Part shown: piece after piece, positions 10,431-20,186 of the stretch
How positions within the stretch are numbered: position 1 is the stretch's first letter
How the letters are laid out: each line of letters opens with the position of its first letter
Assembly (NCBI GenBank): GCA_965238075.1
Contig: OZ250173.1
Coordinates: 1,312,001-1,376,000, forward strand
Reading direction: 5' to 3'
Origin: Candidatus Entotheonellaceae bacterium
Lineage (GTDB): Bacteria > Tectomicrobia > Entotheonellia > Entotheonellales > Entotheonellaceae
Length of the DNA stretch: 64,000 bases
The notes under the pieces: generated by a model
Seen by the model: only the letters and a program-made list of their open reading frames with translations
What the model was told of the DNA's origin: nothing
The model's database searches: none
Translations under genes and position numbers: made by a program

Positions 10431-10760
10431 AGCTGTGGCAGATGACGACGCTATAGAGAAGTACCGGAACTACACGCCGGAACAGTTGGGAGAATTGCCG
10501 CAAGAGACGATCAGTAGCGAAGTTCCCATCATGTACACGATGGCTGCAAGGCGCGCACTGTCACTTGGCGGGGAACTGAGCTGGTATTCGGGATGGAACT
10601 CAACGCGTTGATGTATCCGGGACTTCACGACTTTGAAGGGGCCGTTAAGTTATTCCAGAAGGATCTGGGGGACGAACCAACCGGCATTCTCACGGTCTGG
10701 CAGATTCACAATCTCCAGAAAAGGGCTGAAATGCAGAAGTTGGGGCAACTTATTTTTCCT
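10430..10760 (+). pseudogene. Fragment of a hypothetical protein with a peptidoglycan-binding-like segment
   Basis: AVKLFQKDLGDEPTGILT resembles PG_binding_1; frameshift near 10580. Confidence 0.35.
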
Positions 10761-11171
10761 GATCACCGTGGCATGAAGGAAACGCCTGCTCAGACCTGGG
10801 GTCCTGCGAAGTGGAATAAGGTGAGAAGAGGGCTTGTCGAGTTGCTGAAGAGTCCTGAAGTGGGACTGCATTCCGCGTCGGCGGTAGCGGAGCGTTTGGG
10901 GGTTGCTCCTAGCACGCTGAAGAAACACTGCCCCGAGGAATATGCCGCTCTGAAGAAGGCTCGTGCGGCGCGGCTGGCAGGTGAACGGAAGCGTGGATTT
11001 GCGGAGAAGGAAGCCGCTCTTCATGCTGCCTTTGAGGAGTGTCTGAGGAAGGGGTTGCACCCGTCAAAGGATCTAGTTTTTGAAGGTGCGGGTCTTTCTC
11101 CGGCTTTGTACATGAATTTAAGGTATCGCCAACTGTTTCGAGAGATAAGGCGAAGTGGCGGCCTAATCTAG
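10760..11171 (+). pseudogene. Possible C-terminal HTH region of a TniQ/TnsD-like protein
   Basis: SASAVAERLGVAPSTLKKHCPEEYAAL...AAFEECLRKGLHPSKDLV resembles the repeated C-terminal HTH units of long TniQ proteins; ends about 150 bp from the tRNA 3' end. Confidence 0.45.
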
Positions 11172-11319
11172 GCGGAAGTTTGGATATTGGAGAAGAATGT
11201 AGAGGTGTGAAGCTGCTGTGATTGGGACGGACGATCCGTGGTTGGACAGGATATCTGGCGGTACCGCCAGAATTCTTGAAACAAAACAAAACAGGTAGTT
11301 AAGGGTGTAAAAGGGCAGG

Positions 11320-11393
11320 TCGGGGCGCCCGGATTTGAACCGGGGGCCTTCGGCTCCCAAAGCCGACGCGCTACCAGGCTACGCTACGCCCCG
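11320..11393 (-). tRNA. tRNA-Pro (anticodon TGG), CCA not encoded
   Basis: CGGGGCG acceptor stem, D-arm TAGCGTAGCCTGGTAGCGC, anticodon arm TCGGC-TTTGGGA-GCCGA, T-arm CCCGGTTCAAATCCGGG. Confidence 0.97.
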
Positions 11394-11489
11394 TTGTGTC
11401 TTTGGAAAGGAGGGTGGAACTGACGAACCGGGAACCTACCACGCAACCCCCGAGGGTGCAATGGCTTTTTTGCAGCCAGTCTTCACGCC

Positions 11490-12365
11490 CTAATACCGCT
11501 CCGGCAGATTTCGCTTCAGCGATTCCAGAAACGTCTGCACCAGCGGCCGCGCCAGGGTAGACTGCCGCCCGTACAGGCTGATCGGGATGTTGAGCCCCGG
11601 CTCGGGGAAGCGGACCAGCGCGTCGGTAGGCACCCCAAACGCCCGCGCCACGCCCAGCGTTACCAAGCCGTGGCCGAATCCGACCCTTGCCATTTGGGTC
11701 ACCGCCTGGAATGACTCCATGGTGTTTTCCACGTGAATCTTCACGCCCCACTGGCGCTCGCCACGGCGCATCTGGCGCTCGATAAAGCGCCAGGTTTCCG
11801 ACTGCGGCGCGGTAGTCAGCACCTGCAGCTCGCCCGAGGCGGGGAAGTCGAACGGGCGCAGGTAGTTTGGCACGATGACGATGGTTTCATCCACGACGTA
11901 GCGGGCTTCGAGGTCCGGGGTGCTCTCGCTGCGGCCAAAGCAGATGCCCACCATATACTCGCCGGAGCGCACTCGCTCGATGGCGTCGGGGCCGCGGTAG
12001 GTGTTGATGCGCAGCCGCATGCCGGGGTTTTCCTGCCGCACCTTGGCGAGCACCTCGGCGCCCCAGGCGATCAGAATGGCGGCGCCGATGGCGACCGACA
12101 ACTGACCGGTGTTGTCCGCCACCTCTTCGCTGAGCGCCTCGCGCAACTCGCCCAGCAGCGGCCGAGTGCGCTGCAGGATGTGCAGGGCGTACGGCGTCAA
12201 CTCCACCCGCCGGCCGCTGCGCTCCACCAATGGCTTGCCCAACTGCACCTGCAAGTTGGCAATCCGCTTGCTCACCGCCGATTGCGTGACCGACAGCCGC
12301 AGGGCGGCCTTCGACATGGTGCCGCACTCGGCCAGCGCCGCCAGGGCTTCGAGGTTGTCGATCAT
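11490..12365 (-). CDS. LysR-family transcriptional regulator
   Basis: GTMSKAALRLSVTQSAVSKRIANLQVQLGKPLVERSGRRVELT; 291 aa. Confidence 0.95.
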   Translation of the reverse strand: MIDNLEALAALAECGTMSKAALRLSVTQSAVSKRIANLQVQLGKPLVERSGRRVELTPYALHILQRTRPLLGELREALSEEVADNTGQLSVAIGAAILIAWGAEVLAKVRQENPGMRLRINTYRGPDAIERVRSGEYMVGICFGRSESTPDLEARYVVDETIVIVPNYLRPFDFPASGELQVLTTAPQSETWRFIERQMRRGERQWGVKIHVENTMESFQAVTQMARVGFGHGLVTLGVARAFGVPTDALVRFPEPGLNIPISLYGRQSTLARPLVQTFLESLKRNLPERY

Positions 12366-12446
12366 GACGTATTCCTATCTGGAATGTATTATGGAAAAAC
12401 TATTCGCGCCATTATAAAACCAAGGTGTGGCATAGTGAACACGATC

Positions 12447-12533
12447 CTTCCTCTCCCTGGTCCTCCCCGTCGCGGGGCGAGGGAATCGTTGCCCCCTCAC
12501 CCCTGGCAGGAGAGGGTTGGGGTGAGGGGGAAA
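12447..12533. repeat. REP-like palindromic repeat, family A (CCCTCACCCC...GGGAGAGGG...GGGGTGAGGG)
   Basis: Same motif family at 14232-14345 and 40708-40838. Confidence 0.7.
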
Positions 12534-12609
12534 TTCCAAAACGAGACACCCCCAAAGCGCGGGCATTGCCCCTGCGTCCCCGCATCCGTCAACCCTGAAG
12601 GAGGAATCC

Positions 12610-14193
12610 ATGGGCAGCACAGCCGTCGCCAACCTGTACGACCGGTTGGAGGAAACCGTTCTCGACCGCGATCAAGTGGGCGCCAGCGGGGCCTATTACG
12701 ATCTGGTCCGCGCCGAGCGCCCGCTGACAGAAATCGTCCGCGAAACCACCCGCATCCACGCCCCCTACACGCACGTGCCGTATCACCAGCGCATCGACGG
12801 CGGCTTCGTGCGGTTCGTCAACAACGACCACTGCCTGCTGAGCAGCCGCGCCAGCCTGGCGCTGCCGGAGTACCTGCCCGGCGAATTGCGCTACCTGCCC
12901 ATGGCGCAGACCATCTGGTACGTGCCCTCCGGCCTTGATCCGTGGAACCAGCTTTTGGGCAAGGCGCCGGGGCATTACGGGCGCCGCACCTACAAGCCCG
13001 AGCCCAACGCCACCGTGCCCAGACCCACCGCCCATTGGCCGGATCAGGAGCCGCTGCGCCTCGACGGCCCGTTCGAGGAGCGCCTCAATCACTGGCTGAC
13101 GCTGGTGCAATGCGGCGAGGTGCTCGAAGCTTACCGTGTCTTCCTCGGCCTGTTCGAGGAGCCCGGACGCCGCCACGACCTGCTCGGACACATGGCGTTC
13201 GCCGGCCTCATCGACGTGCAGGACCGCATGCTGCTGAACCGTTCGTACACCACCGGCCACAAGTCCTACCGCGCCCGCGCAACGTTCGAAATCGGCGACG
13301 CCGTCGGCTGGGATCAGGCGCACGACGTGCTGTACGCCGGCGTGCCGGACATGGCCGTGGGGCCGCGCTGGCATTCCGCCTACGAAATGGCCTGCCAAGT
13401 CGCCTGGACCCTGCTGGCGCGCGAGGAGGACATGCCGGAATCGTCCCTGTCGCCCAGTCCGAAGCAGCAGCCGGAAGCCTACCTGTTGGCGAACGACAAG
13501 CCGTTGACCCCACAAGAGGCCGACGAACTCGTGCAGGCGCTGCACGAGGAGGCCGACATGGCCTGGACCAACGCCATCACCGATCTGCTCCTGGCCGGCA
13601 AGGACCCGAAAGCCATCGTCGACGTCATCCAGACAGCCGCCGCCAGGGTCATCCTGCAGGTGCAGCAAAGCAGCGATTTCTCCATGCCGCACCACGGCTA
13701 CGAGTACACCAATACGCTGCGCTGGTTCTATGACAAATTCGACCACCCGCACCGCATCAAGCTGCTCTATGTGGCCGGCTCGTTCATCAACCAGTGCGCC
13801 CTGTGGGTGAAGCACACGCCCGGCAACGGCCCAGCCGAAAACGGCGTGCCGAGCGGTTCCGACCGGCTGCCGGCGGATACGATTTTGCAGCGTGTGGATA
13901 ACGCCATCATCGCCCAGAGCGGCTCCGAAGGCGCCGCCTGGGTGCGTGCCTACCTCGCCGGCGGGTACGAGCGCAAACCCCTGGTGCGCACGCTGGCCCT
14001 GGCCGCCGTGAAAGAAGGCAACGATCCCCATAACCAGGAGATCGGCCTGTGCATGATGGAGGATTACCTGAAAAGCACGGCACCGGAACGCGACGTACTG
14101 CTGCCGGCCTGCGCGCACATCGTGGCGGGCCATGTGAAGTACGGCGACCCGCTGGAGCCGTACAATCGTTTCGCCAAGGCGTTTGATTTGTAG
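12610..14193 (+). CDS. Conserved-looking hypothetical helical protein with four His-containing repeats
   Basis: 527 aa, AGGAGG RBS, host-like codon usage, divergent from LysR. Confidence 0.85.
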   Translation: MGSTAVANLYDRLEETVLDRDQVGASGAYYDLVRAERPLTEIVRETTRIHAPYTHVPYHQRIDGGFVRFVNNDHCLLSSRASLALPEYLPGELRYLPMAQTIWYVPSGLDPWNQLLGKAPGHYGRRTYKPEPNATVPRPTAHWPDQEPLRLDGPFEERLNHWLTLVQCGEVLEAYRVFLGLFEEPGRRHDLLGHMAFAGLIDVQDRMLLNRSYTTGHKSYRARATFEIGDAVGWDQAHDVLYAGVPDMAVGPRWHSAYEMACQVAWTLLAREEDMPESSLSPSPKQQPEAYLLANDKPLTPQEADELVQALHEEADMAWTNAITDLLLAGKDPKAIVDVIQTAAARVILQVQQSSDFSMPHHGYEYTNTLRWFYDKFDHPHRIKLLYVAGSFINQCALWVKHTPGNGPAENGVPSGSDRLPADTILQRVDNAIIAQSGSEGAAWVRAYLAGGYERKPLVRTLALAAVKEGNDPHNQEIGLCMMEDYLKSTAPERDVLLPACAHIVAGHVKYGDPLEPYNRFAKAFDL

Positions 14194-14231
14194 GGGAGTT
14201 GTACGGTCTTGCTCTGTGCGGGAGCGCTTTA

Positions 14232-14345
14232 CCCCCCTCCCTAGCCCTCCCCCGCGGCGGGGGGAGGGGACCAGAGAATTGATCCTCCCCAACCAAGGTG
14301 GTTTCACGCCCTCTCCCCTGGAGGGAGAGGGTTGGGGTGAGGGGG
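14232..14345. repeat. REP-like palindromic repeats, family A
   Basis: CCCTCCCCGCGGCGGGGGAGGG and CCCTCTCCCCTGGAGGGAGAGGGTTGGGGTGAGGGG between convergent genes. Confidence 0.75.
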
Positions 14346-14394
14346 AAGCCCCCGGATTGCAAGCCATCTTGATCAGAATGCGCTCCAATCCGAG

Positions 14395-15120
14395 CTACTC
14401 GGCCTGAAGCCCCAATGCGGCTCGCTGGGCGGCGACGATCTGTTCAATCCCCTGCCGTGCCAACCCGAGCAACTCCAACAACGCCTCCTGACTGAACGGC
14501 GCCCCTTCTGCCGTGCCCTGGATCTCCACCAGGGAACCTTGCCCCGTCATCACCACGTTCATGTCCACGTCCGACGTTGAATCTTCCTGGTAATTCAGGT
14601 CCAGACACGCCGCGCCGCCAACAATCCCCAAGCTGACCGCAGCCACGGCGTCGCGCAGCGGGACGGTCGTCAGCACGCCTTGGTCCTTCAGGTGCTGCAG
14701 GGCGGCGTACAGGGCCACGTAGGCGCCGCTGATCGAGGCGGTGCGGGTGCCGCCGTCGGCCTGGATCACGTCGCAATCCAGCCACACGGTGCGCTCGCCG
14801 AGTTGCTCGAAATCGACCACAGCGCGCAGCGAGCGTCCGATCAGGCGTTGAATTTCCAGCGTTCGGCCGCCCTGCCGACCGCGCGACACCTCGCGCGGCG
14901 AGCGGGTATGGGTGGCGCGCGGCAGCATGGCGTACTCGGCGCTCACCCAGCCCCGGCCGCTGTCGCGCCGGAACCGCGGCACCGATTCCTCCACCGACGC
15001 GGTGCAGCGTACCTGCGTGTCGCCCATGGTAATCAGCGCCGAGCCTTCGGCGTACTTGGCCACGCCGGGGGTAATGCTCAGGGGCCGCAATTCGTCGTGG
15101 CTTCGCCCGTCTGCACGCAT
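14395..15120 (-). CDS. rph: Ribonuclease PH
   Basis: [49 protein letters not shown]. Confidence 0.98.
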   Translation of the reverse strand: MRADGRSHDELRPLSITPGVAKYAEGSALITMGDTQVRCTASVEESVPRFRRDSGRGWVSAEYAMLPRATHTRSPREVSRGRQGGRTLEIQRLIGRSLRAVVDFEQLGERTVWLDCDVIQADGGTRTASISGAYVALYAALQHLKDQGVLTTVPLRDAVAAVSLGIVGGAACLDLNYQEDSTSDVDMNVVMTGQGSLVEIQGTAEGAPFSQEALLELLGLARQGIEQIVAAQRAALGLQAE

Positions 15121-15165
15121 GGTGTTCCTTTCAGTTGGGGTGAGGGGGGTTATGAGCCAGTCAGT

Positions 15166-15843
15166 TCAAACTGAGGCGCCGCCGGTGTTTGGTGAGAGGC
15201 CCAAGCGCTGCCAGGCCGTGGTGATAGCGTCCCGCAGGGCGCCGAGGTCGGCGGCGTTGTGGATGACGGTGTCGGCGTGGGCGATGCGCTCGTCGTTGGA
15301 CATCTGGGCGGTGATGCGGGCGCGGGCCTGGTCCTCCGGCATGCCCTTGGCGTCGCGCAGGCGGGCGATGACCACCTCGACCGGTGCGACGACGACCCAC
15401 AGCTGGTCTACCAGGGCTTGCCAGCCGGCTTCGAGCAGGACGGCGGCCTCGACCGCCACTACTCGCTGCGCTTGTGCTGGCTCATCGTATGCGCTCGTTG
15501 ACGCTTGCTGCGGGCGCGCCGCTTCCTTGTGGCGAATGTGGGCGATCTGGCCCTGGATGTAAGCGAAGATCTTGCCGTGCATGATGTGGTTCAGGGTTTG
15601 CAGCGCGGCAGGGTCGGCGAACACCCGCGGGCCGAGCTTGCGGCGGTCGATGGTGCGGTCGGCGGCCAGCACCTCCTCGCCGAATGCCGCCACGATCTCC
15701 CGCCAGGCGGGTGTGTCGGGCAGGTACACCTCATGTCCCGCCTTGTCCGCATCGATGACCTCGGCGCCCAGCTCGCCCAGGATCGCCGCGGCCGAGCTCT
15801 TTCCCGCACCGATGCCGCCCGTGATGCCGATAACCGTGACCAT
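15166..15843 (-). CDS. coaE: Dephospho-CoA kinase
   Basis: VIGITGGIGAGKS, VIDADKAGH, IDRRKLGPRVF, EAAVLLE, ARITAQM. Confidence 0.95.
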   Translation of the reverse strand: MVTVIGITGGIGAGKSSAAAILGELGAEVIDADKAGHEVYLPDTPAWREIVAAFGEEVLAADRTIDRRKLGPRVFADPAALQTLNHIMHGKIFAYIQGQIAHIRHKEAARPQQASTSAYDEPAQAQRVVAVEAAVLLEAGWQALVDQLWVVVAPVEVVIARLRDAKGMPEDQARARITAQMSNDERIAHADTVIHNAADLGALRDAITTAWQRLGLSPNTGGASV

Positions 15844-16032
15844 ATCTCCCTCCTTTCCTAAGTTGTAGCCAGCGTTTGTGAAGTCATTGTCGCACCCCTG
15901 GGAACGCGGGCTTCTGGCCGTGCGCGGGCGGGGACACTCCCCGAACCAAACCCCCCGACCCCCCTTTTCAGGGGGGCACTTTCCTTCGACCCCCGATCCC
16001 CTCTTCAAGGGGGTTCTGCCTGGAATCGGCCC

Positions 16033-19000
16033 TCAGGCGGTCAGGCCGCGATACACCTTGGGCAATTCCTGCGGCAGCGCTGCCATGTCGTCGATCACCA
16101 GGTATTGCCGGTCAGGGCACATCTGCCGCAGGTAATCATGCCCGCTGGGGTCGACGGTGATGCAAAAGGTGTGAATCGCCTTGAGCCGCGCCTCCTGCAA
16201 CGCCTTGGCGGTATCCTGCAGGCCGTATTCCTTGCTCTTGCGGTCCTGGCCGTAATCGAAATCCTGCGGGTAGCCGTCGCTCAGCAGGATCAACGCCTTG
16301 AGGCGCGTTTCCTGGCGCCCCAGCTGGGCGGAGGCGTGGCGAATCACCGGCCCCATGCGGGTGCTGCGGTGCGGCTCGATGGCGGCAATGCGGCCCTGGA
16401 TGCGGCGGTCGTAAGGCTCGTCGAACGACTTGACCATGAAGGCGTCGACCTGGTCGCGGCCGTAGCCGGAAAAGCCGTACACAGCGTAAGCGTCGCCGAG
16501 GGCTTCGAGGGCCTCGGCCATCAGCACCAGGGCTTCTTTTTCGACGTCGATGATGCGCCGCGGCGGTTCGCCGTCATCGGCTGCGCTGCCGTCGGGGTTC
16601 TTGATCTTGTCGTCGGTGGAAGCGCTCATATCGAGCAAAAACACCGCCGCGACGCTGCGGTCGTGCTTGTCGCGGCGGGCATAGACCTTGTCCGCCAAGG
16701 CGTGGCCGGCGCGGCGGTCGACAAACGCCTCGACGGCGCTGTCGAGGTCGATGGCCTCGCCGTCGGTGAGCGGCTTGACGGTCTTGAACTGCTCGGGCTT
16801 GAGCAACTGGAATTGCCGCTTCACCTGCGCTAGCAACTCCGCGTAGGCGCGGCGCGTGTCGGCGACGAAATCAGGGCCGGCGTCATGCAGGGGCATTTCC
16901 CGCAGGCGACACCAGGCACGGCGGTAATCGCCAATCAGGTAGTCCCACTCGTCGTAGTGAAAGGTCTGCGGCAGGCGTACGGGCTCGACTTCCGTGTCGC
17001 GTAACTCGGCGCGCAGCAGGTCGGCCCGCTCGCGCAGGGTTTCACGGTGGGCGGTGCTGTCGTTCTCAGCCGGTCGACCTTGCAGATTGGAGACGAACAA
17101 CCCGGTGGTGGCGTTGACCTCTCCCCGTTGCAGGCTCTTGATGTCGAGGCCGTCGTTTTCCAGCAGCGCCTTGAGGGCTTCCGGCGACAGCGGGCTGAGG
17201 CCGTCGTGACGGCGCAGGGCGTCTTCCAGGTCGCTCAGGCGCATCTTTTTCTCGATGACGTCGGGCTTGACGGCGCCGCGGTAGGGAACGGCCTCCACGC
17301 CGGTAGCGAGTGCGTCACCGCCCGGCAAAGCGGCCCTGGCACCGGCCCGGTCGGCGGCATCCCCGGCGGCGCGGAACAAGTCAGCGAGGGCGAGCGTGTC
17401 GGCGGCGTCCGAGAGGTTGAGGTCGAGGGCCGAGAGCAGGTCCGCGGCGTTGAGCGTGAAGGTGAGGCCGGCGTCGTCTGGAATTTGCGTCAGCAGCCGA
17501 TAGGCTTGCAGGACGGCGGCGGCGGTGTCGTACACTGTGGCCGCGGCGTTGTGAAGCGCTTGCGCCAGCGGCTGCAAGTGCTGCAACAGCAGGCGCAAGG
17601 GGAGCGGGTCGAAGCCCCCCGGGTCGGCGCCGAGGCTGAGCTGCAGCAGGCCCTCCAGCAACGCCTGGCGCAGCGGCATGCCGTGCAACGGCGGCCGCTG
17701 GCGGCGGCTGTGCCGCATGAGGCGGCCGAGGTCGGCGCGGATGCCTTTGTAATGGCTAGCGATCCAGGCGTCGACGCGGGTGTCTTCAAAGATGGCGAAC
17801 AGGCTGCGGACGAGATCGGGCTCGGCAAAGGCGTCGAAGAAGCCCTGGAACGACGACAACCCGATGTTGTCGGGCGCCGCGGGCAGGGCGGGCAGCCGAC
17901 GGCGGCAGGCGTCCAGGTCGAACGCAAATGTGCCGCTTTCGTAAAACCCGGCCTGGTGCAGGACGGCCACCTTGTAGGCGGCGAAGTTGTGCGCGGCGGT
18001 GTCGAAGTCGTCCACCCGCGGCGGCAGGTAAATGGCAGCCCCGTCCGAGCTCGGCAGGTCGGGGCTGCCGCGCAGCATGCCTTGCGGCAGCGCGTCAGTG
18101 GTCTTCAGGTCCATGCGGCGGCCCAGGATGGCGTGCGCGTACAGGCGCAGCACCGGCTCGACGGCGGCGAACTCGACCCGTTTTTGCAGCGCTTGCAGGT
18201 TGTCGAGCGCCGTCGCCGATTGCAGCGCGAAGTAGGCCGCGCCGGCTGGCGCATGGCGTTTGGCCGCACTGATGCCGGCGTTGATCCAGGCGTGCAGGCG
18301 GTCGTCCGGCAGGCGTTCCCGCAGGGCGTCCAGGTGGCCGAGAAACGCCAGCCCGCCGGCGTGGCTGACGGCGCTGATCTGCCGGCACCAGGTGAGCGCC
18401 TGCAGGCATTCCGCCGCCGGCAGAAGGGCCAGGGTGGTGCTCACCTGGCTCAGAAAGGTCTCGGCGTCGGCGACTTGCGGCGACAGCAGTTCATCCACCG
18501 TGTCGCGCAAGGCTTCGGCGCCGGCATCGCCGAAGCGCCGCACGTAGTCGGGATAGTGTTCCAGGTATTCCAGGGCAAGGTTTTCGGCTGGCGGCAACAT
18601 TCCGCGCGCTTGTTGCCAGGCCGGAGCGAGATCGACCTCGGGCGCCTGTTCCGCAAGCCGCTGGCTGAGCGCCAGGAAGTCGCGCCCCGACTGCCAGCCG
18701 CGGCGGGCGAAATCGTGCCCCAATTGTCCCCAGACCTGCGCCGCAGCGAGCGGGTAGCGGCCGTACACGGCCGGGCTGACCTCGAAATACGTCACCGCCA
18801 GGGCGGCAAAGGTCGGGTGTTGCTGCAAGTACCATTGTCCGTCCGCCACCCACGGCCGTAGGGCGCCGCCGGGCGCCTGTTGCACGAAGGGCCTGGCGGC
18901 CTGAAAGAAGGACGCGGCGGCCGCGGCGGAGGCGCGCGCCAGCGCTTCGCCGTGCTCGGCCCATTGCCAAAGCTGCGCCGCCGACAGCCGCTGCAGCAGG

Positions 19001-19227
19001 AACGGGCTTACCTGGATGAACGCCTCGGCACTCTCGGCGCTGCGCCAGCCGCACGTCGCCAGCCGCGCGCAACAGGCCAGCCAGCGCGCCGTGTCGGCCT
19101 CCCGCAGTCCGGCGCGCATGGCCGGCATGGCCTGCCGGGCGCACTGCGCCACGGGCGCCGACGCCGCCGCCAGGGCTTCGAGCATATCGGATGGGGATTC
19201 AGGGCAGTCGGGCCGGCGTAAGGGCAT
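16033..19227 (-). CDS. Large NorD/CbbO-like VWA-domain protein
   Basis: YDEWDY, GEAIDLD, MIDAS LLDMSAST, TRMGPVIRHA, LSDGYPQD; long helical N-terminal region. Confidence 0.9.
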   Translation of the reverse strand: MPLRRPDCPESPSDMLEALAAASAPVAQCARQAMPAMRAGLREADTARWLACCARLATCGWRSAESAEAFIQVSPFLLQRLSAAQLWQWAEHGEALARASAAAAASFFQAARPFVQQAPGGALRPWVADGQWYLQQHPTFAALAVTYFEVSPAVYGRYPLAAAQVWGQLGHDFARRGWQSGRDFLALSQRLAEQAPEVDLAPAWQQARGMLPPAENLALEYLEHYPDYVRRFGDAGAEALRDTVDELLSPQVADAETFLSQVSTTLALLPAAECLQALTWCRQISAVSHAGGLAFLGHLDALRERLPDDRLHAWINAGISAAKRHAPAGAAYFALQSATALDNLQALQKRVEFAAVEPVLRLYAHAILGRRMDLKTTDALPQGMLRGSPDLPSSDGAAIYLPPRVDDFDTAAHNFAAYKVAVLHQAGFYESGTFAFDLDACRRRLPALPAAPDNIGLSSFQGFFDAFAEPDLVRSLFAIFEDTRVDAWIASHYKGIRADLGRLMRHSRRQRPPLHGMPLRQALLEGLLQLSLGADPGGFDPLPLRLLLQHLQPLAQALHNAAATVYDTAAAVLQAYRLLTQIPDDAGLTFTLNAADLLSALDLNLSDAADTLALADLFRAAGDAADRAGARAALPGGDALATGVEAVPYRGAVKPDVIEKKMRLSDLEDALRRHDGLSPLSPEALKALLENDGLDIKSLQRGEVNATTGLFVSNLQGRPAENDSTAHRETLRERADLLRAELRDTEVEPVRLPQTFHYDEWDYLIGDYRRAWCRLREMPLHDAGPDFVADTRRAYAELLAQVKRQFQLLKPEQFKTVKPLTDGEAIDLDSAVEAFVDRRAGHALADKVYARRDKHDRSVAAVFLLDMSASTDDKIKNPDGSAADDGEPPRRIIDVEKEALVLMAEALEALGDAYAVYGFSGYGRDQVDAFMVKSFDEPYDRRIQGRIAAIEPHRSTRMGPVIRHASAQLGRQETRLKALILLSDGYPQDFDYGQDRKSKEYGLQDTAKALQEARLKAIHTFCITVDPSGHDYLRQMCPDRQYLVIDDMAALPQELPKVYRGLTA

Positions 19228-19244
19228 GGTATCCAGGGATTCCG

Positions 19245-20096
19245 TCAGGGAAACAGGGTCGTCACCAGCTCGGCGATGGCGCGGTGCACCTCGGTGTCGT
19301 CCGTGACGGCGCGGCAGACGGCAACCTCGCAGGCGCGCCGCGGCGGGATGCCGCGCACGATGAGCTGGCCGGCGTACACCAGCAGGCGCGTGCTGACGCC
19401 TTCCTCGAAGCCGTGCTGGCGCAGGTGCCGGACCTTGGCGCCGAGGGTGGCCAGATCGCCGGCCGTCTCGGCGCCGGCGCCGCTTTCGTGGGCGATGATA
19501 TCGGCCTCGCAGTCGTGCGGCGGGTAGTCGAAGGCCAGCGACACGAAACGCTGCCGGGTGCTGGGCTTCAGGTCCTTGAGGACGCTCTGGTAGCCGGGGT
19601 TGTAGGACATGACGAGCAGGAAGTCGTCGTGCGCGTTGAGGATGAGGCTGCGTTTTTCCACCGGCAGCATGCGGCGGTGGTCGGTGAGGGCGTGGATGAG
19701 GACCATGGTGTCCTTGCGCGCCTCGACGATCTCATCGAGGTAGCAGATGGCGCCGCTGCGCACGGCGCGGGTCAGGGGGCCGTCGATCCACACGGTTTCC
19801 TCGCCGCTGAGCAGGTAGCGCCCGACCAGATCGCTGGCGCTGAGGTCCTCGTGACAGGCGACGGTGACGAGCGGCTCGCCGAGGTCACGGCGGCTTGGCG
19901 AGGCGTCTTCGCCCTGGCGGTAGAGGCGGTGCGCCATGTATTCGACGAAGCGCGTTTTGCCGCAGCCGGTCGGGCCGGTGAGGAGCACCGGCAGGCGGGC
20001 TTCGTAGGCGGCGAGGAATACCTCGATCTCGTCAGCGAGTGGGACGTAGTAGGGGGCATGTTGCCGTTGCGGTGCGATGTCGATGGTGGCTGCCAT
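19245..20096 (-). CDS. CbbQ/NirQ/NorQ-family MoxR AAA+ ATPase
   Basis: [63 protein letters not shown]. Confidence 0.95.
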   Translation of the reverse strand: MAATIDIAPQRQHAPYYVPLADEIEVFLAAYEARLPVLLTGPTGCGKTRFVEYMAHRLYRQGEDASPSRRDLGEPLVTVACHEDLSASDLVGRYLLSGEETVWIDGPLTRAVRSGAICYLDEIVEARKDTMVLIHALTDHRRMLPVEKRSLILNAHDDFLLVMSYNPGYQSVLKDLKPSTRQRFVSLAFDYPPHDCEADIIAHESGAGAETAGDLATLGAKVRHLRQHGFEEGVSTRLLVYAGQLIVRGIPPRRACEVAVCRAVTDDTEVHRAIAELVTTLFP

Positions 20097-20186
20097 TGGG
20101 GTTCCTTCAGGGAGTGAGCAGGCGCAGCGAACGGGCACTATGATACATGATTTGCGCAGCGGCACCGCGCGGGGCGGCTTTTGCCC

